This document shows positions 9,969 to 18,922 of a stretch of DNA of 30,098 nucleotides, piece after piece. The notes below the pieces were generated by a model that saw only the letters and a list, made by a program, of their open reading frames with translations, was not told the origin of the DNA and did no database searches. How positions within the stretch are numbered: the first letter of the stretch is position 1; each line of letters begins with the position of its first letter. The position numbers and the translations under genes were made by a program. Origin of the DNA: Mycobacteriales bacterium (GTDB taxonomy: Bacteria > Actinomycetota > Actinomycetes > Mycobacteriales > SCTD01); assembly GCA_035553635.1 (NCBI GenBank), contig DATMKB010000406.1, forward strand, positions 1 through 30,098, given 5' to 3'.

Positions 9969-12512
9969 CTACTCGCTCGCGATCGCGTCCAGCACCCGCA
10001 GCCGCGCCGCCCGGCGGGCCGGCCACACCGCGGCCAGCACCCCCACCACGGCGGACGCGACGAGGAAGGCCGCGAGCCGGCCGGCCGGCACCGACACCAC
10101 CTCGATGCCCTGGCTCCTGAGCGACGTGACGAGCGCCAGCCCGAACGCGCAGCCGAGCGCCAGGCCGAGCACCGCGCCGAAGGTGCTGATGACCACCGAC
10201 TCCAGGCGCACCATCCGGCGCAGCTGCGCGCGCGCCATCCCGACGGCGCGGAGCAGGCCGATCTCCCGGGTGCGCTCCACCACCGACAGCGCCAGCGTGT
10301 TGACGATGCCGAGCACCGCGATGACGACCGACAGCACCAGCAGCGCGTTGACGAGCAGCAGCAGCTGGCCCACCTGCTCCTTCTGCTCCTCCTTGAACTG
10401 GCTCTGGTCCTTGAGCGACACCACGGGGTAGTCGGCCACCACCTCCTCCACGGCGGCCCGCACCTGCGCCGTGTCGGCACCGTCGGCGAGCACGACGTAG
10501 ACGTACTGGTCGAGGTCCGCGCCGCCCGCCGACCGCAGCGTCGTCGTGGAGACGACGTGGTCGCTGACCGCCTGGTTCTTCTCGAAGACGCCGCCCACGA
10601 CGAGGGTGCGCTGCTCGCCGTTCGGCAGCAGGAGCTCGACGCTGTCGCCGACCGACGTGCCCGAGCTGCGCGCGGCGGTGTCCGACAGCAGCAGGCCGTC
10701 CTCGAGCGACGCCGCGGAGCCCTCGACGAGCTGCAGGCGCAGGGCGGCGTCCAGACCGTCGGCGTCGAGCGCGGTGAGGTACTGCTGGGCGCCGTCGACC
10801 TGGGCGGTGCCGAAGCGCTCGCGCACCACCGCGTCGACGCCGTCGACGGCCGCCACCCGCCGGGCTACCTCGGTGGTGAAGGGCTGCTGCACCGCCGTCG
10901 AGACGACGAAGTCGGCGCCGAGCGCGTCGTCGACGAGCTTCTCGACCGAGGCGCTCGTCGACGCGCCGACGATGCTGAACGCGCTCACGAGCGCGAGCCC
11001 CACCATGAGCGCCGACGCCGTGGCGGCCGTGCGCCGCGGGCTGCGCAGCGCGTTCTGCCGGGCCAGGTGGCCGGTGGTTCCCCAGACGCGGGGGAGCACG
11101 GCGCCGGGACCGCGGAGGAACGGCACCGCCAGCACGGGGCTGAGCGCGACGGCGCCGAGCACGAGCGCGACGGTGCCGAGCCCGACCAGGGCCGCGCCCT
11201 GCTCACCGCCGTCCCCGGCGACGCCCGCGACCAGGCCGGCGACGCCGACCGCTGCGAGCGCCGTGCCGAAGGCGGTGCGGCGGCGCAGGGGCCGCTCGCC
11301 CGCGGGCGTCTCGGCGCGCATGGCCGCCACCGGGGGCGTGCGCGAGGCGCGCCGCGCCGGCAGGTACGCCGCGGCGAGCGTCACGAGCACGCCCACGACG
11401 TACGACCACACGACGGTGCGGGCGGTGAGGACGAGGTCGCCGTCCAGCGTGAGGCCGAACTGCCCGAACAGCGCGCGCAGGCCGGTCGCGATGCCGTAGC
11501 CGCCGGCCAGCCCGACCGTCGAGCCGACGACGCCCAGCACGAGCGCCTCGCCCAGCACCGAGCGCGTCACCTGGCCCCGACCGGCGCCGAGGGCGCGCAG
11601 CAGCGCGAGCTCGCGGGTCCGCTGCGCGACGAGCATCGAGAAGGTGTTGAGGATGATGAACGTGCCGACGAACAGCGCGATGCCGGCGAAGACCAGCAGG
11701 AAGACGTTGAAGAACTGCAGCGCCGACGAGAACGAGGTCGCGAGGTCCTCCGCCTGCTCCTCGCGCGTCTTCACGTCGTAGCCGCTGCCGACCGCCGCGG
11801 CGACGCGGTCGCGCACCTCCTCGTCCGTGGCGCCGTCGGCGGTGAGCACGCCGACACCGGTCCACTGGCCGGGTGCGGTGAGCAGCTGCTGGGCGGTCGC
11901 CGCGTCGAAGGCGGTGAGCGACGCGCCGGCCAGCCCGCCGCTCTCGCCGAAGCGGAAGACGCCGACCAGCTCGGCCTCGACCCGCGGTCCGGTGGTGAGC
12001 ACCGGCACGGTGTCGCCGAGCTCGTAGCCCAGCTCCTCCGCGGCACCCGTGTCGACGGCGATCTCGCCGGCGCGCTCGGGGCCGCGGCCCTCCACGAGCG
12101 TGTTCGCCGACAGCCGCTCGTCGACGTCCCAGCTGATGCCGAGGCCGGGGGCGCCGCCGGTGTCGAGCACCTCGCCGTCGCGGTCGAGCAGGTACACGCC
12201 CTCGGCCTGCACGAACCCCTGGACGGCCTCGACGCCCTCGACGCCGTCGCGGAGCCGCTGCACGACGTCGTCCGGCACGTAGGAGACCGCGCCGCTCGCG
12301 CCGGTGCCGGCCAGGCCGGTCTCGAAGGCGGCCGCGGGCTCGACGTTCACGTCGGCCGACGTGGCGCTGAACAGCGCGGTGAAGGTGCGGCTCAGGGTGT
12401 CGGTGAACACGAGGGTGCCCGACACGAAGGCGACGCCGAGCACGATGGCCAGCGCGGACAGCGCCAGCCGCAGCTTGTGCGCGGCGACGCTGCGCAGGGT
12501 GGTGCGCCACAT
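9969..12512 (-). CDS. ABC transporter permease with two FtsX/MacB repeats, 847 aa
   Basis: MWRTTLRSVAAHKLRLALS start; two copies of NT(F/L)..(L/S)V..RTRE(L/I)(A/G)LLRA(L/V)G; multiple TM helices. Confidence 0.93.
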   Translation of the reverse strand: MWRTTLRSVAAHKLRLALSALAIVLGVAFVSGTLVFTDTLSRTFTALFSATSADVNVEPAAAFETGLAGTGASGAVSYVPDDVVQRLRDGVEGVEAVQGFVQAEGVYLLDRDGEVLDTGGAPGLGISWDVDERLSANTLVEGRGPERAGEIAVDTGAAEELGYELGDTVPVLTTGPRVEAELVGVFRFGESGGLAGASLTAFDAATAQQLLTAPGQWTGVGVLTADGATDEEVRDRVAAAVGSGYDVKTREEQAEDLATSFSSALQFFNVFLLVFAGIALFVGTFIILNTFSMLVAQRTRELALLRALGAGRGQVTRSVLGEALVLGVVGSTVGLAGGYGIATGLRALFGQFGLTLDGDLVLTARTVVWSYVVGVLVTLAAAYLPARRASRTPPVAAMRAETPAGERPLRRRTAFGTALAAVGVAGLVAGVAGDGGEQGAALVGLGTVALVLGAVALSPVLAVPFLRGPGAVLPRVWGTTGHLARQNALRSPRRTAATASALMVGLALVSAFSIVGASTSASVEKLVDDALGADFVVSTAVQQPFTTEVARRVAAVDGVDAVVRERFGTAQVDGAQQYLTALDADGLDAALRLQLVEGSAASLEDGLLLSDTAARSSGTSVGDSVELLLPNGEQRTLVVGGVFEKNQAVSDHVVSTTTLRSAGGADLDQYVYVVLADGADTAQVRAAVEEVVADYPVVSLKDQSQFKEEQKEQVGQLLLLVNALLVLSVVIAVLGIVNTLALSVVERTREIGLLRAVGMARAQLRRMVRLESVVISTFGAVLGLALGCAFGLALVTSLRSQGIEVVSVPAGRLAAFLVASAVVGVLAAVWPARRAARLRVLDAIASE

Positions 12513-12517
12513 GCCGG

Positions 12518-13294
12518 TCAGCCCCTCGCGCGCTCGTCGGCGTCGAAGCGCTTCATGCGCTCGAGCACGAGGTCGGCCGTGGGGTCGAGCAGCTCGTCGA
12601 CGATCCGGCCGTCGGCGAGGAACAGCACCCGGTCGGCGTACGACGCGGCGCCCGCGTCGTGGGTCACCATGACGACGGTCTGGCCGAGCTCGCGCACGCT
12701 CATCCGGAGGAACGACAGCACCTCCGCGCCGCTGCGGCTGTCGAGGTTGCCGGTGGGCTCGTCGGCGAAGACGATGTCGGGACGGCTGGCGAGGGCGCGG
12801 GCGCACGCCACCCGCTGCTGCTGGCCGCCCGACAGCTCGCTCGGCCGGTGCGACAGCCGCGGGCGCAGCCCGACGGTGTCGATGACGGTGTCGAGCCACG
12901 CGCGGTCGGGCCGGCGCCCGGCGATGTCCATCGGCAGCGTGATGTTCTCCAGCGCCGTCAGCGTCGGCAGGAGGTTGAAGGCCTGGAAGACGAAGCCGAC
13001 CTTGTCGCGGCGCAGGGCCGTCAGCCCCTTGTCGTCGAGCGCCGTGAGGTCGACGTCGCCGAGGAGCGCGCGGCCGCCGTCGAGGGTGTCGAGCCCGGCC
13101 ATGCAGTGCATGAGGGTCGACTTGCCGGAGCCGGAGGGCCCCATGATGGCCGTGAAGCGGGCGCGCGGGAACACGACGTCGACCCCGTCGAGCGCGACCA
13201 CGCGGGTCTCGCCGGAGCCGTACACCTTGACGAGGCCCTCGCCGCGCGCCGCGGCCCCGACGGACGTGGTGGACGCGCCGGTCACGGCGGTCAC
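12518..13294 (-). CDS. ABC transporter ATP-binding protein (LolD/MacB type)
   Basis: Walker A GPSGSGKST, signature LSGGQQQRV, Walker B IVFADEPTGNLD, VTHD. Confidence 0.95.
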   Translation of the reverse strand: MTAVTGASTTSVGAAARGEGLVKVYGSGETRVVALDGVDVVFPRARFTAIMGPSGSGKSTLMHCMAGLDTLDGGRALLGDVDLTALDDKGLTALRRDKVGFVFQAFNLLPTLTALENITLPMDIAGRRPDRAWLDTVIDTVGLRPRLSHRPSELSGGQQQRVACARALASRPDIVFADEPTGNLDSRSGAEVLSFLRMSVRELGQTVVMVTHDAGAASYADRVLFLADGRIVDELLDPTADLVLERMKRFDADERARG

Positions 13295-13638
13295 GGCCGT
13301 GCCGCCAGCTCGCGCGCGACGCGCTCGGCGTCGGGCAGCGACACGACGGCGCTGCTGAAGGCGGCGTCGCGCAGCTCGAGGCGCAGCGCCGGCACCCCGC
13401 GGCGGACGGCGACGAACTGGCGCCCGGCGCGGCTGCGCCAGGTGCCGACCTTGGTGAGGCCGGGCAGGGCGAGGCCGGGCGCCCGCACGCCGCGGGCGGC
13501 GGCCAGGCCGTCCTCGACCACCTCCGCCGACACGACGCTGGCGCGGGGGACCTCGAGGTCGCGGAGCAGGCCGGAGACCTTCTCGCGCAGGGACAGGTGG
13601 ACGTGCAGGACGTCGCGGGTGACGGTGGCTCTGGGCAT
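13291..13638 (-). CDS. Hypothetical 115-aa beta-rich (possibly PH-like) protein
   Basis: ATG preceded by TAGCGT + 7 nt (13651-13646); stop overlaps ATPase GTG; RAPG...PG..KVGTWR motif seen in small actinobacterial hypotheticals. Confidence 0.72.
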   Translation of the reverse strand: MPRATVTRDVLHVHLSLREKVSGLLRDLEVPRASVVSAEVVEDGLAAARGVRAPGLALPGLTKVGTWRSRAGRQFVAVRRGVPALRLELRDAAFSSAVVSLPDAERVARELAARP

Positions 13639-13702
13639 GGCCCGGACGCTAGGGACGCGGCCCCGGCGGCGCCTCGTCCCGCAGCCCTGAGCCGACCCTG
13701 GT

Positions 13703-13750
13703 CCGGAGGAGGACCTCGTCAGGGTCTCCTCCTCCTCCGGGAGGAGGACC
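13703..13750 (-). terminator. Intergenic stem-loop downstream of add (probable U-less intrinsic terminator)
   Basis: TCCTCCTCC 13727-13735 pairs with GGAGGAGGA 13740-13748 (4-nt loop); alternative 11-bp stem 13703-13713/13730-13740. Confidence 0.55.
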
Positions 13751-13752
13751 GG

Positions 13753-14826
13753 TCAGGCGACGCCGGCGGCGAGCGTGGCGTAGCCGGGCTTGATGCGCCC
13801 CTCGATGACGGCCAGGCGCTCGTCGAAGGGGAGGAAGGCCGACTTCATGGCGTTGACGGTGAGCCAGCGCAGGTCGTCCCAGCCGTAGTCGAAGGCGTCG
13901 ACCAGGGCCGACATCTCGGACGAGACCGACACCCCGCTCATGAGGCGGTTGTCGGTGTTGACCGTGACCCGGAAGCCCAGCGACCGCAGCAGGCCGATCG
14001 GGTGCTCGGCGATGGACGGCGCGGCACCGGTCTGCACGTTCGACGTCGGGCACATCTCGAGCGGGATGCGCTTGTCGCGCACGTAGGCCGCGAGGCGGCC
14101 GAGCCGGGCGGTGCCGTCGTCGTCGACCTCGATGTCGTCGACGATGCGCACGCCGTGGCCGAGCCGGTCGGCGTTGCACCACTGCAGCGCCTCCCAGATC
14201 GACGGCAGGCCGAACGCCTCCCCGGCGTGGATGGTGAAGTGCCCGTTCTCGCGCTGCATCAGCTGGAAGGCGTCGAGGTGCCGGCTCGGCGGGTAGCCGG
14301 CCTCGGCGCCGGCGATGTCGAACCCGACCACGCCCTCGTCGCGGTAGCGGATGGCGAGCTCGGCGATCTCGAGCGAGCGGGCCTGGTGGCGCATCGCCGT
14401 CAGGAGCGTGCCGACGCGGATGCCCTCGGGCGCCGCGCGGAAGCCCTCGAGCACGGCCTCGACGACGGCCGGCAGCGCGAGCCCGCGGTCGGTGTGCAGC
14501 TCCGGCGCGAAGCGGACCTCGGCGTAGACGACGCCGTCAGCGGCGAGGTCCTCGGCGCACTCGCGGGCGACCCGCACGAGGGCCTCCTCGGTCTGCATGA
14601 CCCCGACGGTGTGCCGGAACGTCGACAGGTACCGCGGCAGGTCGCCGGCGTCGGCGTTCTCGACGAACCAGCGGCCGAGCGCCTCCGGGTCGGTCTCCGG
14701 GAGGTCGGCGTAGCCGGTGGCGTCGGCCAGCTCGACCACGGTGGCCGGGCGGAGCCCGCCGTCGAGGTGGTCGTGCAGCAGCACCTTCGGCGCGCGGCGG
14801 ACGTCGTCGGGCGACGGGCGGCTCAC
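13753..14826 (-). CDS. add: Adenosine deaminase, 357 aa
   Basis: [38 protein letters not shown]; GTGA overlap at 14823-14826. Confidence 0.95.
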   Translation of the reverse strand: MSRPSPDDVRRAPKVLLHDHLDGGLRPATVVELADATGYADLPETDPEALGRWFVENADAGDLPRYLSTFRHTVGVMQTEEALVRVARECAEDLAADGVVYAEVRFAPELHTDRGLALPAVVEAVLEGFRAAPEGIRVGTLLTAMRHQARSLEIAELAIRYRDEGVVGFDIAGAEAGYPPSRHLDAFQLMQRENGHFTIHAGEAFGLPSIWEALQWCNADRLGHGVRIVDDIEVDDDGTARLGRLAAYVRDKRIPLEMCPTSNVQTGAAPSIAEHPIGLLRSLGFRVTVNTDNRLMSGVSVSSEMSALVDAFDYGWDDLRWLTVNAMKSAFLPFDERLAVIEGRIKPGYATLAAGVA

Positions 14827-15647
14827 GCGGGGACCTCCTCGAAGCCGCGCGCCGGCAGGTCGGCCGGCCGCTGCAGCCAGTTGTCGGCGGGGTAGTGGGC
14901 GGTGCCGTCGACGAGGTGCAGCGAGTAGGCCGCCCGCGACCGCGGGCTGGTGTTCGGGCTGCTGCGGTGGGGGAGCAGCCCGTGCAGCAGGACCACCGTG
15001 CCGGCCGGCGCCTCGAGCGGCACCCAGCCCTCCTCGGGCACCTCCACCGGCTCGTCGCGCAGGCGCACGAACGACGTGCCGTCGGCGTCGCCGCCGTTGC
15101 GGACGAAGCGGCGCTCCAGCGGGACGGTGCGGTGCCCGCCCGGCAGCGCCCACAGGCAGCCGTTCTCCACCGTGGCGTCCTCGAGCGCGACCCAGACGCC
15201 CACGCAGCTCTGCGGCTCGGTGTAGAGGAACGTCGCGTCCTGGTGGCTGCCCACCTCGCCGCCGGACAGGGCCGCCTTGCACAGGTACATCGACTGCAGC
15301 AGGAGCGGCTGCGCGACGCCCAGGTCGGCCACCAGCTCGGCGAGCAGGGGCTGCCGGCTGAACGCCGCGAAGACCGGGTCGAGGTCGTGCAAAGCGTGGC
15401 CGATCTTCGCCAGCGTGACGCCGTCCGGCTCGGTGAAGCAGGTGATGCGCGGCCCGCTGGACAGGAAGCGCTCGTCGGAGACGCGCTCCTGCTCCTGCGT
15501 CGTGAACACCGCCTTCTCCGCCGGCGCAGCGGCGGCGATCTCCTGCGCCCGCGCGACGAGCCGGTCGCAGTCCGCGCGGTCGACGAGGTCCGGCAGGACG
15601 AGGAAGCCGTCGCGGTCGAACGACGCGCGCTGCTCAGCGGTGAGCAC
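14823..15647 (-). CDS. Phytanoyl-CoA dioxygenase family, PHYHD1-like 2-oxoglutarate/Fe(II) dioxygenase
   Basis: HQD...H facial triad ([17 protein letters not shown]; [10 protein letters not shown]), [26 protein letters not shown] motifs. Confidence 0.9.
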   Translation of the reverse strand: MLTAEQRASFDRDGFLVLPDLVDRADCDRLVARAQEIAAAAPAEKAVFTTQEQERVSDERFLSSGPRITCFTEPDGVTLAKIGHALHDLDPVFAAFSRQPLLAELVADLGVAQPLLLQSMYLCKAALSGGEVGSHQDATFLYTEPQSCVGVWVALEDATVENGCLWALPGGHRTVPLERRFVRNGGDADGTSFVRLRDEPVEVPEEGWVPLEAPAGTVVLLHGLLPHRSSPNTSPRSRAAYSLHLVDGTAHYPADNWLQRPADLPARGFEEVPA

Positions 15648-15998
15648 TCAGCCCTCCCGGTTGACGGTGTCGGGGGAGAAGGCGGGCAGGCAGACGGCGA
15701 CGTACTCCGCGCCCTGCGGCGTGGTGTAGCGGACCCGCTCGCCGGCGCGCGTCACGACGGCCGAGCCGGCCGGCACCTCGAGCACCCCGCCGTCGTGCTC
15801 GACGTGCACGGCGCCGGCCAGCACGAGCGTCACCTCGTCGAACTCCGGCACCTGCGCCGGCTCCTCCCACCCGGCGGGCGAGCGCATGTGCGCCACCGAC
15901 ACCGCCTCGCTGCCGGTGCTGGCCCGGCCGACGTACTCGTCGATGAGCTTGCCGCCCGGCACGGGCACCCGCACCGGCGACGTCACGAGCTCAGGCAC
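15648..15998 (-). CDS. Cupin-fold protein (EutQ-like, no canonical His ligands), 116 aa
   Basis: GWEEPAQVPEFDEVTLVLAGAVHVE...AGSAVVTRAGERVRY cupin pattern; overlaps deoA stop by 8 nt and abuts the dioxygenase. Confidence 0.8.
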   Translation of the reverse strand: MPELVTSPVRVPVPGGKLIDEYVGRASTGSEAVSVAHMRSPAGWEEPAQVPEFDEVTLVLAGAVHVEHDGGVLEVPAGSAVVTRAGERVRYTTPQGAEYVAVCLPAFSPDTVNREG

Positions 15999-17289
15999 GC
16001 GAGGACCCCTCCCTGCTCACCGTGCCGAGCACCAGGGGGGTGCGCGGCACGTCGTCGTCGCGGACGTCGAAGGCGCCCTCGAGGGCGTCTAGCGCGTCCT
16101 GCACGCGCGCGTCGTCGTCGGTGTGCAGCTCCAGCAGCGGCGCGCCGGCCACCACCGGGTCGCCCGGCGCGGCCAGGACGCGCACCCCCGCCGCCGGGTC
16201 GACGGCGTCCTCCTTGCGGGCCCGGCCGGCGCCGAGCCGCCAGGCGGCCGTGCCGACGGCCCGGGCGTCGAGCCGGGTGAGCACGCCGTCGCGCGGCGAG
16301 GCGACGAACGCCACGTGCCGGGCCGACGGCAGGGGCGCGTCCGGGTCGCCGCCCTGCGCGCGGACCATCGCGTCCCAGACCCGGCGGGCCGAGCCGTCCT
16401 GCAGGGCCGTGCGCGGGTCGACGTCGGCCCGGCCGCCCAGGGCGAGCATCTGCCCGGCGACGGCCAGGCACACCTCGACCAGGTCGTCCGGCCCGCCGCC
16501 GTCGAGCACCTCGACCGCCTCGGCCACCTCCAGCGCGTTGCCCACGGCGCGGCCGAGCGGCGCCTCCATGGAGGTCAGCAGGCAGACGGTGCGGACGCCG
16601 TGCGCGTGGCCGAGGTCGACCATCACCTCGGCCAGCTCGCGCGCCCGCTCCTCGGTGGGCATGAACGCGCCGGCGCCGACCTTGACGTCGAGCAGCACGG
16701 CGCCGGCGCCGCCGGCGATCTTCTTGCTCATGATGCTGCTGGCGATGAGCGGCACCGACTCGACCGTCGCGGTGACGTCGCGCAGGGCGTAGAGGGCCTT
16801 GTCGGCGGGAGCGACGTCGTCGGTGGCGGCGGCGATGACCGCGCCGACGTCGCGCAGCTGCTGCACGAACTGCTCGCCCGTCAGCGCACCGGTCCAGCCG
16901 GGGATGCTCTCGAGCTTGTCGAGCGTGCCGCCGGTGTGCCCGAGCCCGCGGCCGGAGAGCTTGGGCACGGCCACGCCGGAGGAGGCGACGAGCGGGGCGA
17001 CGACGAGCGACACCTTGTCGCCCACGCCGCCGCTCGAGTGCTTGTCGACCACGGGCCGCCCCACGCCCGAGAGGTCGATGCGGCGGCCGGAGCCGACCAT
17101 CGCGTCGGTCCACGCGGCGAGCTCGCGCGTGGTCATGCCGCGGAAGACGACCGCCATGAGCAGCGCGCTCATCTGCTCCGGGGCCACCAGCCCGCGGGTG
17201 AAGCCGTCCACGACCCAGCGGAGCGCGTCGTCGGGCAGCTCCTCACCGTCGCGCTTGCGGCGCACGACGTCGACCGCCGTCCAGCTCAC
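15991..17289 (-). CDS. deoA: Thymidine/pyrimidine-nucleoside phosphorylase, 432 aa
   Basis: DKHSSGGVGDK, SGRGLGHTGGTLDKLESIPG, PADKALYALRDVTATV, SSIMSKKIA; GTGA overlap with cdd. Confidence 0.95.
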   Translation of the reverse strand: MSWTAVDVVRRKRDGEELPDDALRWVVDGFTRGLVAPEQMSALLMAVVFRGMTTRELAAWTDAMVGSGRRIDLSGVGRPVVDKHSSGGVGDKVSLVVAPLVASSGVAVPKLSGRGLGHTGGTLDKLESIPGWTGALTGEQFVQQLRDVGAVIAAATDDVAPADKALYALRDVTATVESVPLIASSIMSKKIAGGAGAVLLDVKVGAGAFMPTEERARELAEVMVDLGHAHGVRTVCLLTSMEAPLGRAVGNALEVAEAVEVLDGGGPDDLVEVCLAVAGQMLALGGRADVDPRTALQDGSARRVWDAMVRAQGGDPDAPLPSARHVAFVASPRDGVLTRLDARAVGTAAWRLGAGRARKEDAVDPAAGVRVLAAPGDPVVAGAPLLELHTDDDARVQDALDALEGAFDVRDDDVPRTPLVLGTVSREGSSRA

Positions 17290-17669
17290 GGCAGGTCCTC
17301 GGGGCCGAACGCGCCGGGCAGCACGGACGTCATGGGCAGGATGCCGTCGTCGGTGTCGACGAGCAGGTCCGCGCCGCCGTGCTCCCACAGCAGCTGCCGG
17401 CAGCGGCCGCAGGGCATGAGCCGCTCGCCGGAGCCCGACACGCACGCGAACGCCGTCAGTCGGCCGCCGCCGCTCGCGTGCAGCGCGGAGACCAGGCCGC
17501 ACTCCGCGCACAGCGTGAGCCCGTAGGAGGCGTTCTCGACGTTGCAGCCGGTGACCGTGCGGCCGTCGTCGACGAGCGCCGCGGCGCCGACCTGGAGGCC
17601 GCTGTACGGCGCGTAGGCCCGGGCGGCGGCGTCGCGGGCGGCGGCGCGCAGCGCGTCCCAGTCGGTCAC
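17286..17669 (-). CDS. cdd: Cytidine deaminase, 127 aa
   Basis: AYAPYS, GCNVENASYGL, CAEC and PCGRCRQ zinc motifs. Confidence 0.95.
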   Translation of the reverse strand: MTDWDALRAAARDAAARAYAPYSGLQVGAAALVDDGRTVTGCNVENASYGLTLCAECGLVSALHASGGGRLTAFACVSGSGERLMPCGRCRQLLWEHGGADLLVDTDDGILPMTSVLPGAFGPEDLP

Positions 17670-18922
17670 GAGGAGGTCCCCTTGCGGTAGGGCAGCCCGA
17701 CGGCGGCCGGCGGGCGGAGCCGCTGCGCGGCGAGCCCGAGGACCAGCAGCGTCGCGACGTAGGGCGTGAGGCCGGTGAGCTCGCCCGGCACGAGGTCGGT
17801 GACGGCGAACCAGACGAGCACCGCGACGGCGACGAGCATCCCGGTGATGCCGGCGCGCCGGGAGCCCCGGACGATGAGCAGCACGCCGACCACCACGAGC
17901 GCGATGCCGACGAGCAGCAGCAGCGCGTGCACCGACTCGCCGCCCCGCCGGAGCTGCAGGGCGTCGGCGTAGCCGAACAGCGCGGCACCGGCGGCCGTCC
18001 CGCCCGGGCGCCAGTTGCCGAAGATCATGGCGGCGATGCCGATGAAGCCGCGGCCGCCGGTCTGCCCCTCGCGGTACGCGCTGGCCGCGACGATGGCGAG
18101 GAACGCGCCGCCGAGGCCGGCGAGGGCGCCGGACACCACCACGGCCGCGTACTTCATCGTGTAGACGTTGACGCCGAGCGACTCCGCCGCCTGCGGCCGC
18201 TCGCCGCAGGCGCGCAGCCGCAGCCCGAACGCGGTGCGCCAGAGGACGAACCAGCTGAGCACCACGACCGCGACGGCGATGAGCGTCAGTACCGAGACGC
18301 CGGTGACGAGCCCGCGCAGGATGCCGGCGACGTCGGACAGCAGGAACCAGCCCTGCGCCTCGAGGTCGCCGAGGGCCGGCCCCACGCCGGGCAGCGTGAA
18401 CGACGGCAGGTCGCCGACCGGCGGCGACTGCGTGGCGCCACCGCCCGAGACGTCCGCGTACGCGACCGCCGACAGGTACTGAGCCGTGCCGCTGCCGAGC
18501 AGGATGACGGCGACACCGCTGACGATCTGGTCGACCCCGAACGTCACGGTGGCGATCGCGTGCACGAGACCGCCGAGCGCGCCGAAGGCGACGGCCGCGA
18601 GCACGCCGTACCAGGGGCCGTACGTCCAGCCGGCGTAGCCGGCCGCCCAGGTGCCGAGGATGAGCATCCCCTCGAGGCCGATGTTCACCACGCCGGCCCG
18701 CTCGGCCCACAGCGCGCCGAGGCCGGCCATGCCGATCGGCACGGCGAGCCCCAGCGCGGCGGCGACGGTGCCGGCCGAGGTGATGTCGTCGGCCCCCGTG
18801 ACGACGCGCACGAGCGACAGCAGCACCACGAGCCCGGCCGCGCCGAACCACGCGCGCGAGGCGCGCAGCCGGCGGCGGGGCTGCTGGTCGACCGGCGCGG
18901 CGCCGGTGGTGCGGGTGCTCAC
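17666..18922 (-). CDS. Nucleoside (simple sugar-type) ABC permease, 418 aa
   Basis: ERAGVVNIGLEG, RT.FGLRLRACGE, GRGFIGIAAMIFG, LPYR C-terminus; coupled by GTGA overlaps. Confidence 0.92.
   Translation of the reverse strand: MSTRTTGAAPVDQQPRRRLRASRAWFGAAGLVVLLSLVRVVTGADDITSAGTVAAALGLAVPIGMAGLGALWAERAGVVNIGLEGMLILGTWAAGYAGWTYGPWYGVLAAVAFGALGGLVHAIATVTFGVDQIVSGVAVILLGSGTAQYLSAVAYADVSGGGATQSPPVGDLPSFTLPGVGPALGDLEAQGWFLLSDVAGILRGLVTGVSVLTLIAVAVVVLSWFVLWRTAFGLRLRACGERPQAAESLGVNVYTMKYAAVVVSGALAGLGGAFLAIVAASAYREGQTGGRGFIGIAAMIFGNWRPGGTAAGAALFGYADALQLRRGGESVHALLLLVGIALVVVGVLLIVRGSRRAGITGMLVAVAVLVWFAVTDLVPGELTGLTPYVATLLVLGLAAQRLRPPAAVGLPYRKGTSS

Noticed and set aside
13281-13294. GTCACGG direct repeat at the ABC ATPase start
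   Set aside because: Simply two tandem GTG-ACC codon pairs (VTAVT), offering an alternative start 3 codons in.
9552-13358. Very long antisense/alternative-frame ORFs (e.g. 9552..13358 +, 1756..3696 -, 3991..5898 -, 19156..21084 +, 23531..24949 -)
   Set aside because: Shadow ORFs expected at this GC content: Arg/Pro/Gly-rich or mirror translations with no family motifs, lying over well-supported genes.
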